A stretch of DNA of 61,515 nt, counting the filler. It is 4 parts of 4 records of this genome, joined end to end, with 100 filler letters (N's around TTAATTAATTAA, not from the genome) between each part and the next. Parts side by side here need not be neighbours in the genome. Positions count along the whole stretch, not along the records: positions 48,293 to 61,515 come from SRR2962707_3248; 3 more parts are not named here. The stretch is one strand, 5' to 3'. The position numbers and the translations under genes are program-made. Shown here in pieces: positions 51,201 through 61,515 of the stretch. Positions within the stretch are counted from its first letter, which is position 1, and each line of letters opens with the position of its first letter. The notes below the pieces were generated by a model. That model searched no databases and had not been told where the DNA came from. It worked only from the letters and a program-made list of their open reading frames with translations.

Positions 51201-54200
51201 TGACAGTTTGACGAACGCCCGCGTTGAAATCATGCCTGGGGATGGCATTCCATCAGTTGTTGCCTCGGTCATGCGCCAACGACGGGCTTCGCAGGCCGCA
51301 ACTCAGCATCGACCACGATCGCCTGTTCCCTATGAGCGGTGTTTGAAGGGTATTGAATGGGTGCGCTGGCCACCTTTAACGCGATTTGTGGCTTTTCTGG
51401 TCATATTGAACATTGTGTTTATGTGTATCCCGGTCCACGATGAAGCAGAGAATGACTCGTGTCTGCTGCGCGCGGATGGAAATGAGTCTGCAGAATGTGT
51501 GGAAGCAGACAGAGAGTACGTTTTTCAAAGATTTGAGCTCACAGTTCGCGCAGTTGCTGCAATGCATACCCCAGAGCTCAAATTCGTTTGAAATGTTTCT
51601 CCTGCTGCGCTATTGACAGGTATCTTGCATGTATGTCCAACCTTTTCTTTGTGGTAGTCATTTCTTTGGAAACAACTACTCGGTGGCTCGTCCTTTTGGG
51701 CGCTCGTTGCATGTCTGGAACTTGCCACGGAACTCACTATCGGAGAGTGCAGGCAAGTTTGGGTTCCCCACTGATGAATAGCTCCTCATTCCCTATTCGA
51801 TATTGGAGATTTCAATTTCCCCGACATCCCCGGCCACCTACAACATGCGTGTGCAGTGGACGGGTTGTGTTTCATTCCCTACTTTGTCAATGCTGCGTAC
51901 ATGCCCACCTACATAATACCGCTGCTCATTTGGAATGTAGGAGGAAGGCGAGATACAGAAAGCTGGGCACGAATTGCAATCGCCTTATCTTCCGGTGGTG
52001 GGGCATCGTAAAGTGTTGCCGATTGTTAGTGATTCTCCGAGTCCTGATCATTCCACCACCCCGCAGCGCCGACTTTCCACCCGTCCAAAGGGACAAGATT
52101 TGCTGCGCCAGGCGACCTTGAGACTTGCGCATGCTCCGATTGACTTGGCAGTGTCGGAAGCATCTGGGCAGAAGCGTGAGAAACTAGTGATTGACTCTGC
52201 AACGAGCCACTCCAACGACAGCCAGCAAAATCGCGACGAAGCCATCCGTCGCAGGAATGCAAGTTGCTGCACCGGTACTTGCAGGGTAGACGCGCGGCAA
52301 GACGCTGCAGACGAAATCGTGGAGGAGTTGTGAGTTTCCACCGTGTCTGTGCCCCGTTGCGTGACAAAAATCCAACTTGTTCACCTGCTGTGTGCCACAA
52401 TTTTGTCCCAAGAATGCCACAAAAAAAAAAATGCATGTATGACTCGGCGGTATGGCCTTTCTGTGGTGCATTGCCATGAACTGCAGGTTCTTTGCGAGTA
52501 GCTTTCGCAAGCGCGACATCACAGATTTGCTCATCATGATCTTGATCATTGCTGACGCTTCGTTGACGGGGACTTGTACTCGCACCCTGCTTCTACCACC
52601 AGAAGACAACTCTTTGGCACTAACACTCCGTGCAATGTCTTTGTTTCGTATCCTTCGCATTTTCTATCACTGGAAAGCGATGCGGGTACGTGCTTGCTGT
52701 TGAGCACATGCTACAGTTTGTGTTGGTGGTGCGCCTTCTGTTTTATGAATGTTTTTGGCGCTTAGTAGCATTGACGTGTCTGTCTCTTTGCAAATCGCTG
52801 GCTGTGCAAAGTCTCTGTACTCCATTATATCCAAGGGATCCCAAGAGCTTGCGTCTTTCTTCGTTTTAATGCTCATTTTTGTGTACATGTGAGTTATGGT
52901 GACTTCAGTTTGCAATCCTGAAATTGCAGAGATGCGCTACTGTTCCTGTCGTTGTCCAGCTTTTCAACAAATACGTGTTCGCGAATGCTTTGACTACTTT
53001 CAGGTACGCGCTTCTTGGCCTGCAACTCTTCGCGAACAAGTTTCACTTTGATAGCGATGGTTTTTATATGCCATGGGACCCCTTAGCGCATAATGAGACT
53101 TGTCCCCCTCACGCGCCCTGGACCATCAACCATAGCTACACTCGGGAAGCGAGCAATTTTGACACATTTGGTGACGCTGCACTGACAACGTTTCAGATCT
53201 GGTCTGGCGAAAACTGGAATGCTGTCATGTGAGTGTGTCTTCAAAGATTTTGCGCGATCCATTATCGTTCCTGCTTTGGAACCCACCAAGCGTTGTTCGT
53301 CATGCAGTAGCAAAGCCGTGACAGTTTGACTCAGCCAGAGTTCATTGATGTAGGTACTACGCAATACGCTCTGGTGGTCCAGTCGTTGGTCCTGTCTACT
53401 TCATCTACTTCGTCTTCGCAATCTTTGTCGGAAATTGGCTGCTCCTCAACCTCCTAATTGCGATTATGTTGGCACATTTTGAACTCAGCAAAGTGGTAGA
53501 TGCTGGCAGCAGCAGCAGTGATCCGCTGCAAAAACGGAAAAAACTTCGGAAAACCCGCACAGCGCGGTTGCGGCGCACGCGCGCGAACAGCGAAGTGCAT
53601 GCCAAGACACTCTCTGAACAGATCAGTATGTTCTTCAAGTCCATAAAAGACACAGCCTTGCGCCGACAGCGTGCGCAGAAGAAAGCGATTGATAAACGAA
53701 ATCGCAGGGCAAGCCTGCAGCGCACGATGACGCGGTCGCGCACGGATACCGTCGCTGCTGATTTGACAGAGGGTGCCATTCAGGAATCAGCAGCAAAAGC
53801 CGAGTCGAACGAAAAACACAAATCTCGAATCAATCCTCTTGATCTATCACGGAATCTGAGTACGCTTTTCCATACATGCTGGTTTTTGTCACGTCGACCT
53901 TCGGCAGCTATGCTGATTGTGGTTCTTTCGTCGTAGGCACGGTGCTTTTGACCAGAAAGTTAAGCGCTCTGTCACATGCTCCATCGCATGAGACGTTGGA
54001 TGAATTGATTGTCAACGACGATGGGTCCATCGAGCGGCGCAATGAAATGGACACCCTGCACAGATCCCTTGGTTTTGGGGACGACCCGGACAAGGCCTTC
54101 CAGGTTGAAAATCTCTGTGTACTTCACCATGCACATGCCCGCACCTGGTAAAGCACGTTAGTCATCGTATTGTTAACGTACTGTGTTTTTTTAGGTGGAC

Positions 54201-57200
54201 CTGAGTGTGTCACCGGCGCCGAAAATCATCAATACACCTTCACCTCATCAAATCGGGAAACCGACAATTGGAAGGGCCACCCGCGCAAAGTCGCAGAGTG
54301 GAAGCGGAAGTGGACTCGCTGCTTCTATTGCTGCAGCATCACAAAATCACGAAAAGGACAATAATTCAAAAATTGGTGCTTCGAAAGCTGTGACTGTGGA
54401 ACCATATGCAGCTGCCAGTGGTTCTACAGAACCCCCATCAGTTCAGAAAAAACCGGCACTCGTTTCTCAACTAGTGCTCCCTCAACACCATTCGACACCT
54501 AATATGCACCGCAAGCGAGTCAGCAAAACAAGCGAGCGTGTCTTGGGAGCTCACATCCTCGAGCATATGCGGTTGCAGCAAAAATGGAAGAAAGAAGCTT
54601 CTGGTGCCCTTGTAGTTGACGCCGCAGTGCGTGAGCAACCACACTGCTGCCCTGCTCATCATCGTGAGCGGCTGTTTGCTGTCCTCGAAAGTCAGGTTTG
54701 TGACGGTTTGTGTGATACATATTTTCTTGCTCGAACTGCCATGCGGTCTCCAAGTCCACTCTGAAAACGCCAAATCTGCCATGTGCTAGATTTATGGCTA
54801 TGTTCGATCGACGATGGCTGTGCTTGTGACGATGTCATACTGCATGTTCACACCCATGAAGCCGAACTTGGGACACGATTGGATTAATACCGCGATATGC
54901 TACTTCTTTGTTTTTACGGCACTTTTCTTTCTCACTGAGATAGTATTGCAGCTGCTTGCGTTGGGAGGGCACTACTTCCGCATTGGGTGGAGCTACGTAA
55001 ATATGGTCGCGACAGTGCTGCTTTCAATTGGATGCCTTGCCATATTTTTTGGGAACCAGTTTGGCTTTCAGTACCTAGAAGTTTGCCGTGCCGGCTTGAC
55101 TTTGTACGTTTTCAACGTGACACTGCATGGCGTCGCCGCCGGTTGACGTGGAAGCCTGGACACGTGCTGAAAATTGATGCCCGTGATTATATGTGTCGTA
55201 GGTATCTGTACCAAGTCCTCGCAAAGCTCCCAGTAATACGGGTCACTTTCACGGCTATTATGAAATCAGTGCGGGAAGTTTTCGAAGTTACGCTCATCGT
55301 ACTCTTCGCTATGGTCAGTGCTTCCTCCATATATATATATATACATATTTTTTTTTGTGAATGGATTCTACAGCCCGCATGTCTATGTGAAAAGGCCACT
55401 GCAGTTCCATGTATTCGTGAAAATTTTAGCAGTGCAATTTTCTGCTGCGGACACCCCCACACCGATTCAGGTCGTATTCTCTGTTATCTTCATCGCCGAG
55501 TACAAGGGCAAGCTGGGGCACTGTGATCTTGATACCATAAATGCCACTGGCCTTGAATTCCTCCAACGAGAATTTGGTTTGACCGATGGAATTATCTACT
55601 ACGACTTTGTGCGTATCGGGGCAGATCGAGCGACACAACCCTGTAACGTATCAGAAGCTGATGGACTAATAAGCGCGAATGCGCTCCCAGATTTACCACT
55701 GGAGGAGCAGGCAAGTGGCTGTTGGCCTGTTTTTGGTCTTGATTCGTTTTGACGCGTGCTTGGTTGCCCTCAAAAAATGAGTTTTGTTGCTGATCTGACA
55801 GGCTCGCTTCACGCGTGCTGATTGTCTGGCTTACGGTGGGTCGTGGGTCAACGAGTTGCCCAATTTTGACTCTTTTTGGAACTCGTTCATGGCCGTATTT
55901 CACCTTTCAACCACTGAGGGATGGGTGGATCTTGCACAGCGCTGCGTTGCTGCTGTTGGTCCTGGAATTCATCCTATCGCCGGCTACGCGCCGGAGCGTG
56001 CGCTGGTATTTGTGCTCTACGTGTTTCTGGTGGCCACGGTGCTTTGGAAGTTGGCCGCTACGGTACTTGTGGCCAACTTTGAGCGCGCTACTTTGCGTGA
56101 GTCTGGGGTCGGCCGGCTCACAGCTACGCAACAAGAGTGGTTGGGCACAATGCGCGCTCTTGCCATGTTGGATTTTCGCCGCCGCGGAAAGTTGCATGGT
56201 AATGCATCCCATTGCCGAAAGCTTGTGTTTTCGATTGCGCAGCATTCAGGATTCAAGCTCCTTACTCGGATCATGGTCATGGTGTACGTACCTGTGCTTG
56301 TTTCCAATACCCAATACAGCATTGCTGAAAGCTGTTCGAACAGAACCCCGTCTTGATTAGATCCCCCGATTGCTGCTGCACTGTCTGATATGCCAATAGG
56401 TACATGGTTGCTTGTTTGGCGAAGGCTATTGCTCCCACAGACGTTGAAGTTCAACTCGCATGCTCACTTGTTGAAGCTGTGTGTGTTGCTTACTTTGTGG
56501 TTGAGTTTGCAGTCAAGATTGTCGCATTCGGTCGCAGCTTCTTCTTTCGCTGGGAGCAAAAATTTGGCGTCGAGCCAACAAAAGGAGTCGCCTCAGAACC
56601 ACCTCAGCCTTTGTCAAAGAAACCCCAGAAAAGCAACTCAATGCATGTGACAGACATTGAGAGTGGAAGTGACAATGACGAAGATGACGAACCCAGTACT
56701 CCAACAGCAACATGGCGCAAACAATCCACTGCGTCGAACCAAAATAGCCCGTTGCATTCCTCAGTAGCATCAACGCCAGATATGCCCACACAATCCAACA
56801 AGCAGCGACGCTGTTGTGCCCGCTTCCCAAAGTGCAGGCGATGGTGTAAGCGGCACTGTGGCTGCTGCAAATGTTTTCGCCGAACTTCGCACATTGGGCC
56901 CAAAAGGTACATTGTTCGAGCTTGTTTTGCAAGGAGCAAAACCCATTGGCTGAACGCGAATGGCATGTTTCGGAACAATCCAGGACTAACGCATACGCTG
57001 TTTTTCTGGCAAGGTATCTTCATGGAATGAATGTCGTTGACTTGGTCAGCGTATTCTTTTGCATCGTGGCGTTGAGCCTGGACCTCTCCATGCGTGCACA
57101 AATTCCCCTGGGTCCTCAATCTTCCAATTCGACCGATGGGCTAGCTCCAGTCGTTATTCTGTTCCGTGCGCTGCGTCTAACAAGAGTCATCAGGTCCGCC

Positions 57201-59511
57201 CACACTGCGCAGCAGATTTGCGTGAATGGCTGTGGCTGCGTGTGGTGCTTCGTCCGGCAATAGAATTGACTTTGAGTGTGTACATTCTATTTTTCACTCT
57301 GTTCCAGCATCCTCCGCTCCGCTCGCACGATTCGTCACTATCTCGCTACTCTCGCCCACTCGCTGCTGGCGGTCGGAAACATTTTCATCCTATTTTTCGT
57401 GCTTATTAACACGTTTGCGCTCTTTATGCGCGAGTTCTTTCACTTTGTGCAGTTGAAGCCGACAAGGTAGCGAGCTTTCCAATCAATGACTGCGCTATTT
57501 TTGGCAACTCTCTTTTTACAAGTCTTTGTTTGTTGCGTGGTGCGATCCTAATTCTGAAGCATTGGAGGTCTTGACACTCATGGACATTTTCAAAGTTGGT
57601 TGCAGTCTTTTGGCGTGATGGCCCGCAGCACAACCGGTGAAGGCTGGCACAAAATTGCTTATGACCTTATGGAGGACAGTGAAGGCTGTGTTGATATTTT
57701 TAGCATCAGTGCCGAGAGCCTCGAGGCGTACGTTGAACCATGTGCGAGAAACGACAATTTGCGGTGGCAATTTTTCAAATGCGGTGTTGTTGCTTCTGAA
57801 TCTCTTAACACTTTATGCGAACTTGCCCACGTCCACAGGTACCAGGCGAATCTCACGTATGAGGAAGCCATGCATCTCTCAGACAAAACTACGTTTGGGG
57901 CCCTGGCCGCAAATGGTTGCCATCCCCCGGTTGTGTTCGAGCTATTCATGATTTTCATCTACCTGAGTGTCGTATGCATGATGAATGTTTTCTTGGCTGT
58001 GGTCTTGGGCGCTTTTGGAGCGCAATCCAAGGAGAAGAAAGGCATTGTGTCGTCAGCCACTTTCAATGCGTTTGTCGAACAATGGCGGTGCATTGACGAT
58101 GATATGGACCTTTTCGTAGCCATTCCAGAGCTGATGGTGCGTCTCGGCGAAACAGCTGCCACCCACCTGCAATTGCCTTGGTTTGGTTGCACTGACAAAC
58201 CAAACGACTCGCTTTCTGGGCGTGTGACATGTGAATGTTGAATTTCGGGTGCCTCTCTTCAGACGATACTGACCCGTGCACCACAGCCAATTGGCATCGG
58301 CGTTGGAATTGGCCCCTCCAACCATGCAACAACCGCCACATCCAACTTCCCCGACACCGACACAACCTCAAGTAGCGCCGCAAGCCACGAAGATCACCAA
58401 CAAGCGGACAGTGCGATGAGAGGCGCAGCTGACGAGGAGTCGCGGAAATACATCTCCAACGCACTGCAAACTGTGTATGTTGCGTTGGTATTGCATGACA
58501 AGCGCTCTGCCGCTAAAAATTTTGGTTCACGTTCATGCATGCAAATTGCTGAATGCCCGTTTGATCCCTCCACGTTCCTGCTTTTTTTCCCTCCACGCTG
58601 CAGTTATGGAAATCTCAACGTGAGTCTCTTCAAGGGCCGTGTCTACTTTTATGACGTGTGCACGGAGCTGTTGCGAGTGCTTGCTGTGCAGAAGGCGCGA
58701 GCGCGCGGCGAAGATCGTGGAGTTTTCTTTCAGAGCCGTGCTGCAGTTGCAAAGCTTAATGCAATGGATCCTGTTCTCTTCAAGAAGCTGAAAAACCGAT
58801 GGTAGGGTATCCTGGATCACAGTTTCGCTCGCGATGCATCGTCGCGCTTTCTTGCCTGATAAGCCGAGTTGCCAATGTTCTGATTTTGATGGTAGGTATT
58901 TGCGGCTTGACTACAAGAACACTCTGCGTCAGGCCATGGCTACAGTTGTATTGCAGAAGGTGGTGCGAGGCCATCTCCAGCGAGCGGCTAGGGCAGAGCA
59001 TGAAAGCGAGTACCAGCGCCGTATTCAGCAAGCGAAAATGGTCGCGAAGCAACGCAAAGAGGAGATGATGAGGGACAAGCACCAACAGCGCCTTGTGCAG
59101 GCTGAGGAGCACAAGCCGCACTGGAAGTGGGAAAGTACTCACGCTGTCAGCAACATTCTCGAAGTGTCCAGTCCTGGTGCTTCGGAGACCACACATGAGC
59201 CAGCGCTTGACGAACGGATCCCGTCCCACGAACGTGGTTCCCGCAATGGTACCCTCAGCGCCGTTGGACGCGTTGGAGCGACATCGAACGAAGAAGTTCC
59301 AGTCCACCAGCACACCGAATATGCCTCAACCCGTAAACCGCATCATCGACGTAGCCGCGCAAAAAAGAAAAAACGGCGACGGTCTCGCAAGGACCAAGAA
59401 GCGAAGCATTCCTCCCATGGACCCGCCACGTCGACCGGTGCAGCCACAGCTCTCGCGTCCGGTGCTGATTTTTCACAAATGTGGACAGAAGCGCAATCAG
59501 CCACTTTTTAG
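48294..59511 (+). CDS. Eukaryotic four-domain voltage-gated Ca2+ channel alpha subunit-like gene (about 25 exons, probably 5'-incomplete)
   Basis: Manual splicing keeps frame with introns 49143-49235, 49515-49624, 49832-49948, 50447-50629, 50909-51000, 51516-51619, 51753-51940, 52330-52486, 52686-52811, 52889-53003, 53229-53353, 53860-53936, 54104-54194, 54696-54789, 55104-55201, 55314-55470, 55711-55801, 56284-56399, 56907-57013, 57194-57307, 57467-57559, 58137-58262, 58475-58603, 58802-58895. Pore loops TLEGW, SGENW, TTEGW, TGEGW; IQ-like LQKVVRGHLQR. Confidence 0.88.
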
Positions 59512-59716
59512 AAACATCTGTGTGGTGCGCACCCACGGATTCTTTCGTCGTGGCAAAAAGTGCAAATTGTCTTCGCAACTGGTTCGAATCACCAACCCCA
59601 GCTGTTCTAGCTAGTTCCGCCGTAATCGTTATTTATTTATTTGATAAAAAACGTTGCCCGGGCTGGCTTCAAACTCGGAGCAGCTTTGAAAGAAAGCATG
59701 CTGAGGGCGGCAGGCA

Positions 59717-61515
59717 TCACAACCCATGTGCAGTTTTGCGCACAAGCGTCAACTCATGCACTGTGGAATCGTTCACGGCCTCCTTGAACTCAAAATGAAG
59801 GGTTGTAGCATTCAAGAACTCGATGGTTGAGTACCCGTAGTTCTCACCATCACGGTACCTGTCATGCACGGGACCACAGAAACAATAAGAATAAAGATGG
59901 CACACCAAGACACCGTCAATATTGCCAGAGATATCAAACTCAAACGGCGATACATACTCAAACCAATCTGGAATGGTACTGTTCCACTTAGAACCTTGGT
60001 GTCCTTCGATGTTGCCGGCCATGCCAACAACGAGGTGCGTAAGCGACTCTGGGTCGGTATAGTTACGCTGTGTCGCTTTTCCGCGGTAACTGGGAGCAAC
60101 GGAACGTACCACCCAACACAAGTTAAAAACACAGTGTCAGATTCCGAAAGGCTCCAGATCAAGCTTACACGGGAACCAAATTGGCAGCTAGAAGTCAGCA
60201 AAATCAAATGATGTGCAAATCCCAACTCACACAGGAAGTGTCGCTTCGTAGCCGTGGACGTGGGCGCCAATGTATAGATCGACATTAGCCTGCGCTAGGA
60301 TATCTTCGATGTCGCCCCGCAGGTGCCCAGTAACGTTGGGCCAGATCAACGCATCGCTGCCCAGCGACGTAGTGTACATGGGACGGTGCCCAAGGACGAT
60401 GATCCACGGCCTCACATCCCGATTGGCCTGTGCTTTCTGCAAATCGGCACGAAGCCAATCGATTTGACTCACCCCGGCGCCATCAAACGGACCCGCGTTC
60501 CAGAGAGTGCCGGGTCCCTGGTTGACGACCGTCAAGAGAGCCAAGAAAAACGATGCCGTAGAATCAGTCAACAACAATGCGAACGCAAAGTTGTCGAACT
60601 CTAATCCTCCTCCTCGGTCCCACAGTGCACGCAACAACATCACCCACGTACCTCAGGTGGTTTCGTCACGTCTGTTTCCGTGTCCATCATGACAAAATGC
60701 GCGTTTCCATAGTCGAAGCTGTGCCACATGTTGTCACTGTTGGCCCCGCTCTCGGCAGAAGGCATGCGGAAGCGGTACCTGTACGCCGTAAAGTTGTCGT
60801 GCTCGTGCGGGCAAAAGAAATCCCCCACTGAATGGCAGCTGGCTTCGTGGTTGCCTGGATTCACCATGTACGGGCGCGTTGCCGCCAGAAACTCGATCTC
60901 GCGCTGCCACGAGTTCCACACTTCCTCGTAGTCCTTGAACGGCAGGCGGTCGTCCGCGTAGGAGAAGTCGCCCACGTGCAACACCAGGTTGAATTCGTCG
61001 CGGTGCTCCCGCAGCCTGGCCGTCGTGTTCTCCGAGTTCGTGACGCCCATGTCGCCGTACACGCAAACTTTCCACGGGGCAAGCGAGTTCGCCTGCGCGG
61101 CCGTCGCGGGGTGAGTCGGAGCAGTTGTGAAGTTGAAGACCGGCGACCACCCGTCGGCGTCGCTGCCGACGGAGTAGAAGTACGTGGAGGACGCGTTGAG
61201 CCCGGCCAAAACCACGTCGTGGTTGAAGCTTTTGTAGTACTGCCTGGCCGGGCGCTCGCCGGTCGCGTTTGAGGCGAGCGCTTCCGCACTCGCCCCGAAC
61301 CTCACGGTGCTCGGCCCGGCCGGCTCGCTGCGAGTCAGCCACGAGACAATAAAGTCGTACTTCCCCGCGTCGCCCTTCAGCGCGAGATGCAGCTGCTCAG
61401 GTGGGTTGCTGCTGCTGCTGCCTTCATTCTGGTAGAGCAGGACATTCTGAACCTGCTTGAGTGGGCGAAGCCGCAGAGACGAAGGAGAAGAGGAGGAGGA
61501 GGAAGAGGAAGAGGA
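59717..61515 (-). CDS. Purple acid phosphatase (metallophosphoesterase with N-terminal FN3-like domain), 5'-incomplete
   Basis: PEQLHLAL, GDMG, GDFSY, GNHE, VLGH, AHVH; inferred introns 60651-60518, 60230-60090, 59957-59859; poly-Ser run at window edge. Confidence 0.9.

Noticed and set aside
55329-55343. (AT)n microsatellite
   Set aside because: Short intronic simple repeat
48327-59511. Fragmented channel ORFs as a pseudogene or several small genes
   Set aside because: All breaks are explained by frame-consistent spliceosomal introns
38350-61515. Apparent bacteria-to-eukaryote gene transfer (bacterial operons beside an intron-rich gene)
   Set aside because: Adjacency is created by artificial spacers

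Overview
This window is not one genome. It is four unrelated contigs joined by artificial 100-bp spacers (N44-TTAATTAATTAA-N44 at 25736-25835, 38350-38449, 48193-48292). (1) 1-25735 is a GC-rich alphaproteobacterial (Hyphomicrobiales-like) catabolic region. It has two divergent hydantoinase/oxoprolinase A+B pairs, three amide/peptide hydrolases (M20, M24, amidohydrolase), two stand-alone GAF proteins, a sugar-type ABC importer and a GntR. A second GntR locus follows (sorbosone-dehydrogenase-like ALDH, ABC importer, kduI-kduD-kdgF), then a decayed integrase divergent from the 5' end of dusA. (2) 25836-38349 is a gammaproteobacterial (Oceanospirillales/Marinomonas-like) origin region: mdtBA, mnmE, yidC, rnpA, rpmH, a DnaA-box cluster, dnaA, dnaN, recF, gyrB. 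(3) 38450-48192 is an alphaproteobacterial (Rhodospirillales/Thalassospira-like) iron-uptake and signalling unit (ECF sigma, FecR, TonB receptor, ABC import, ABC half-transporter). It is bounded at both ends by directly repeated tRNA-Leu 3' halves and contains no integrase. (4) 48293-61515 is intron-rich protist DNA encoding an atypical four-domain EEEE-filter Ca2+ channel with N-terminal EF-hands, and a convergent purple acid phosphatase. Taxonomic labels are impressions from sequence style and gene content, not search results.
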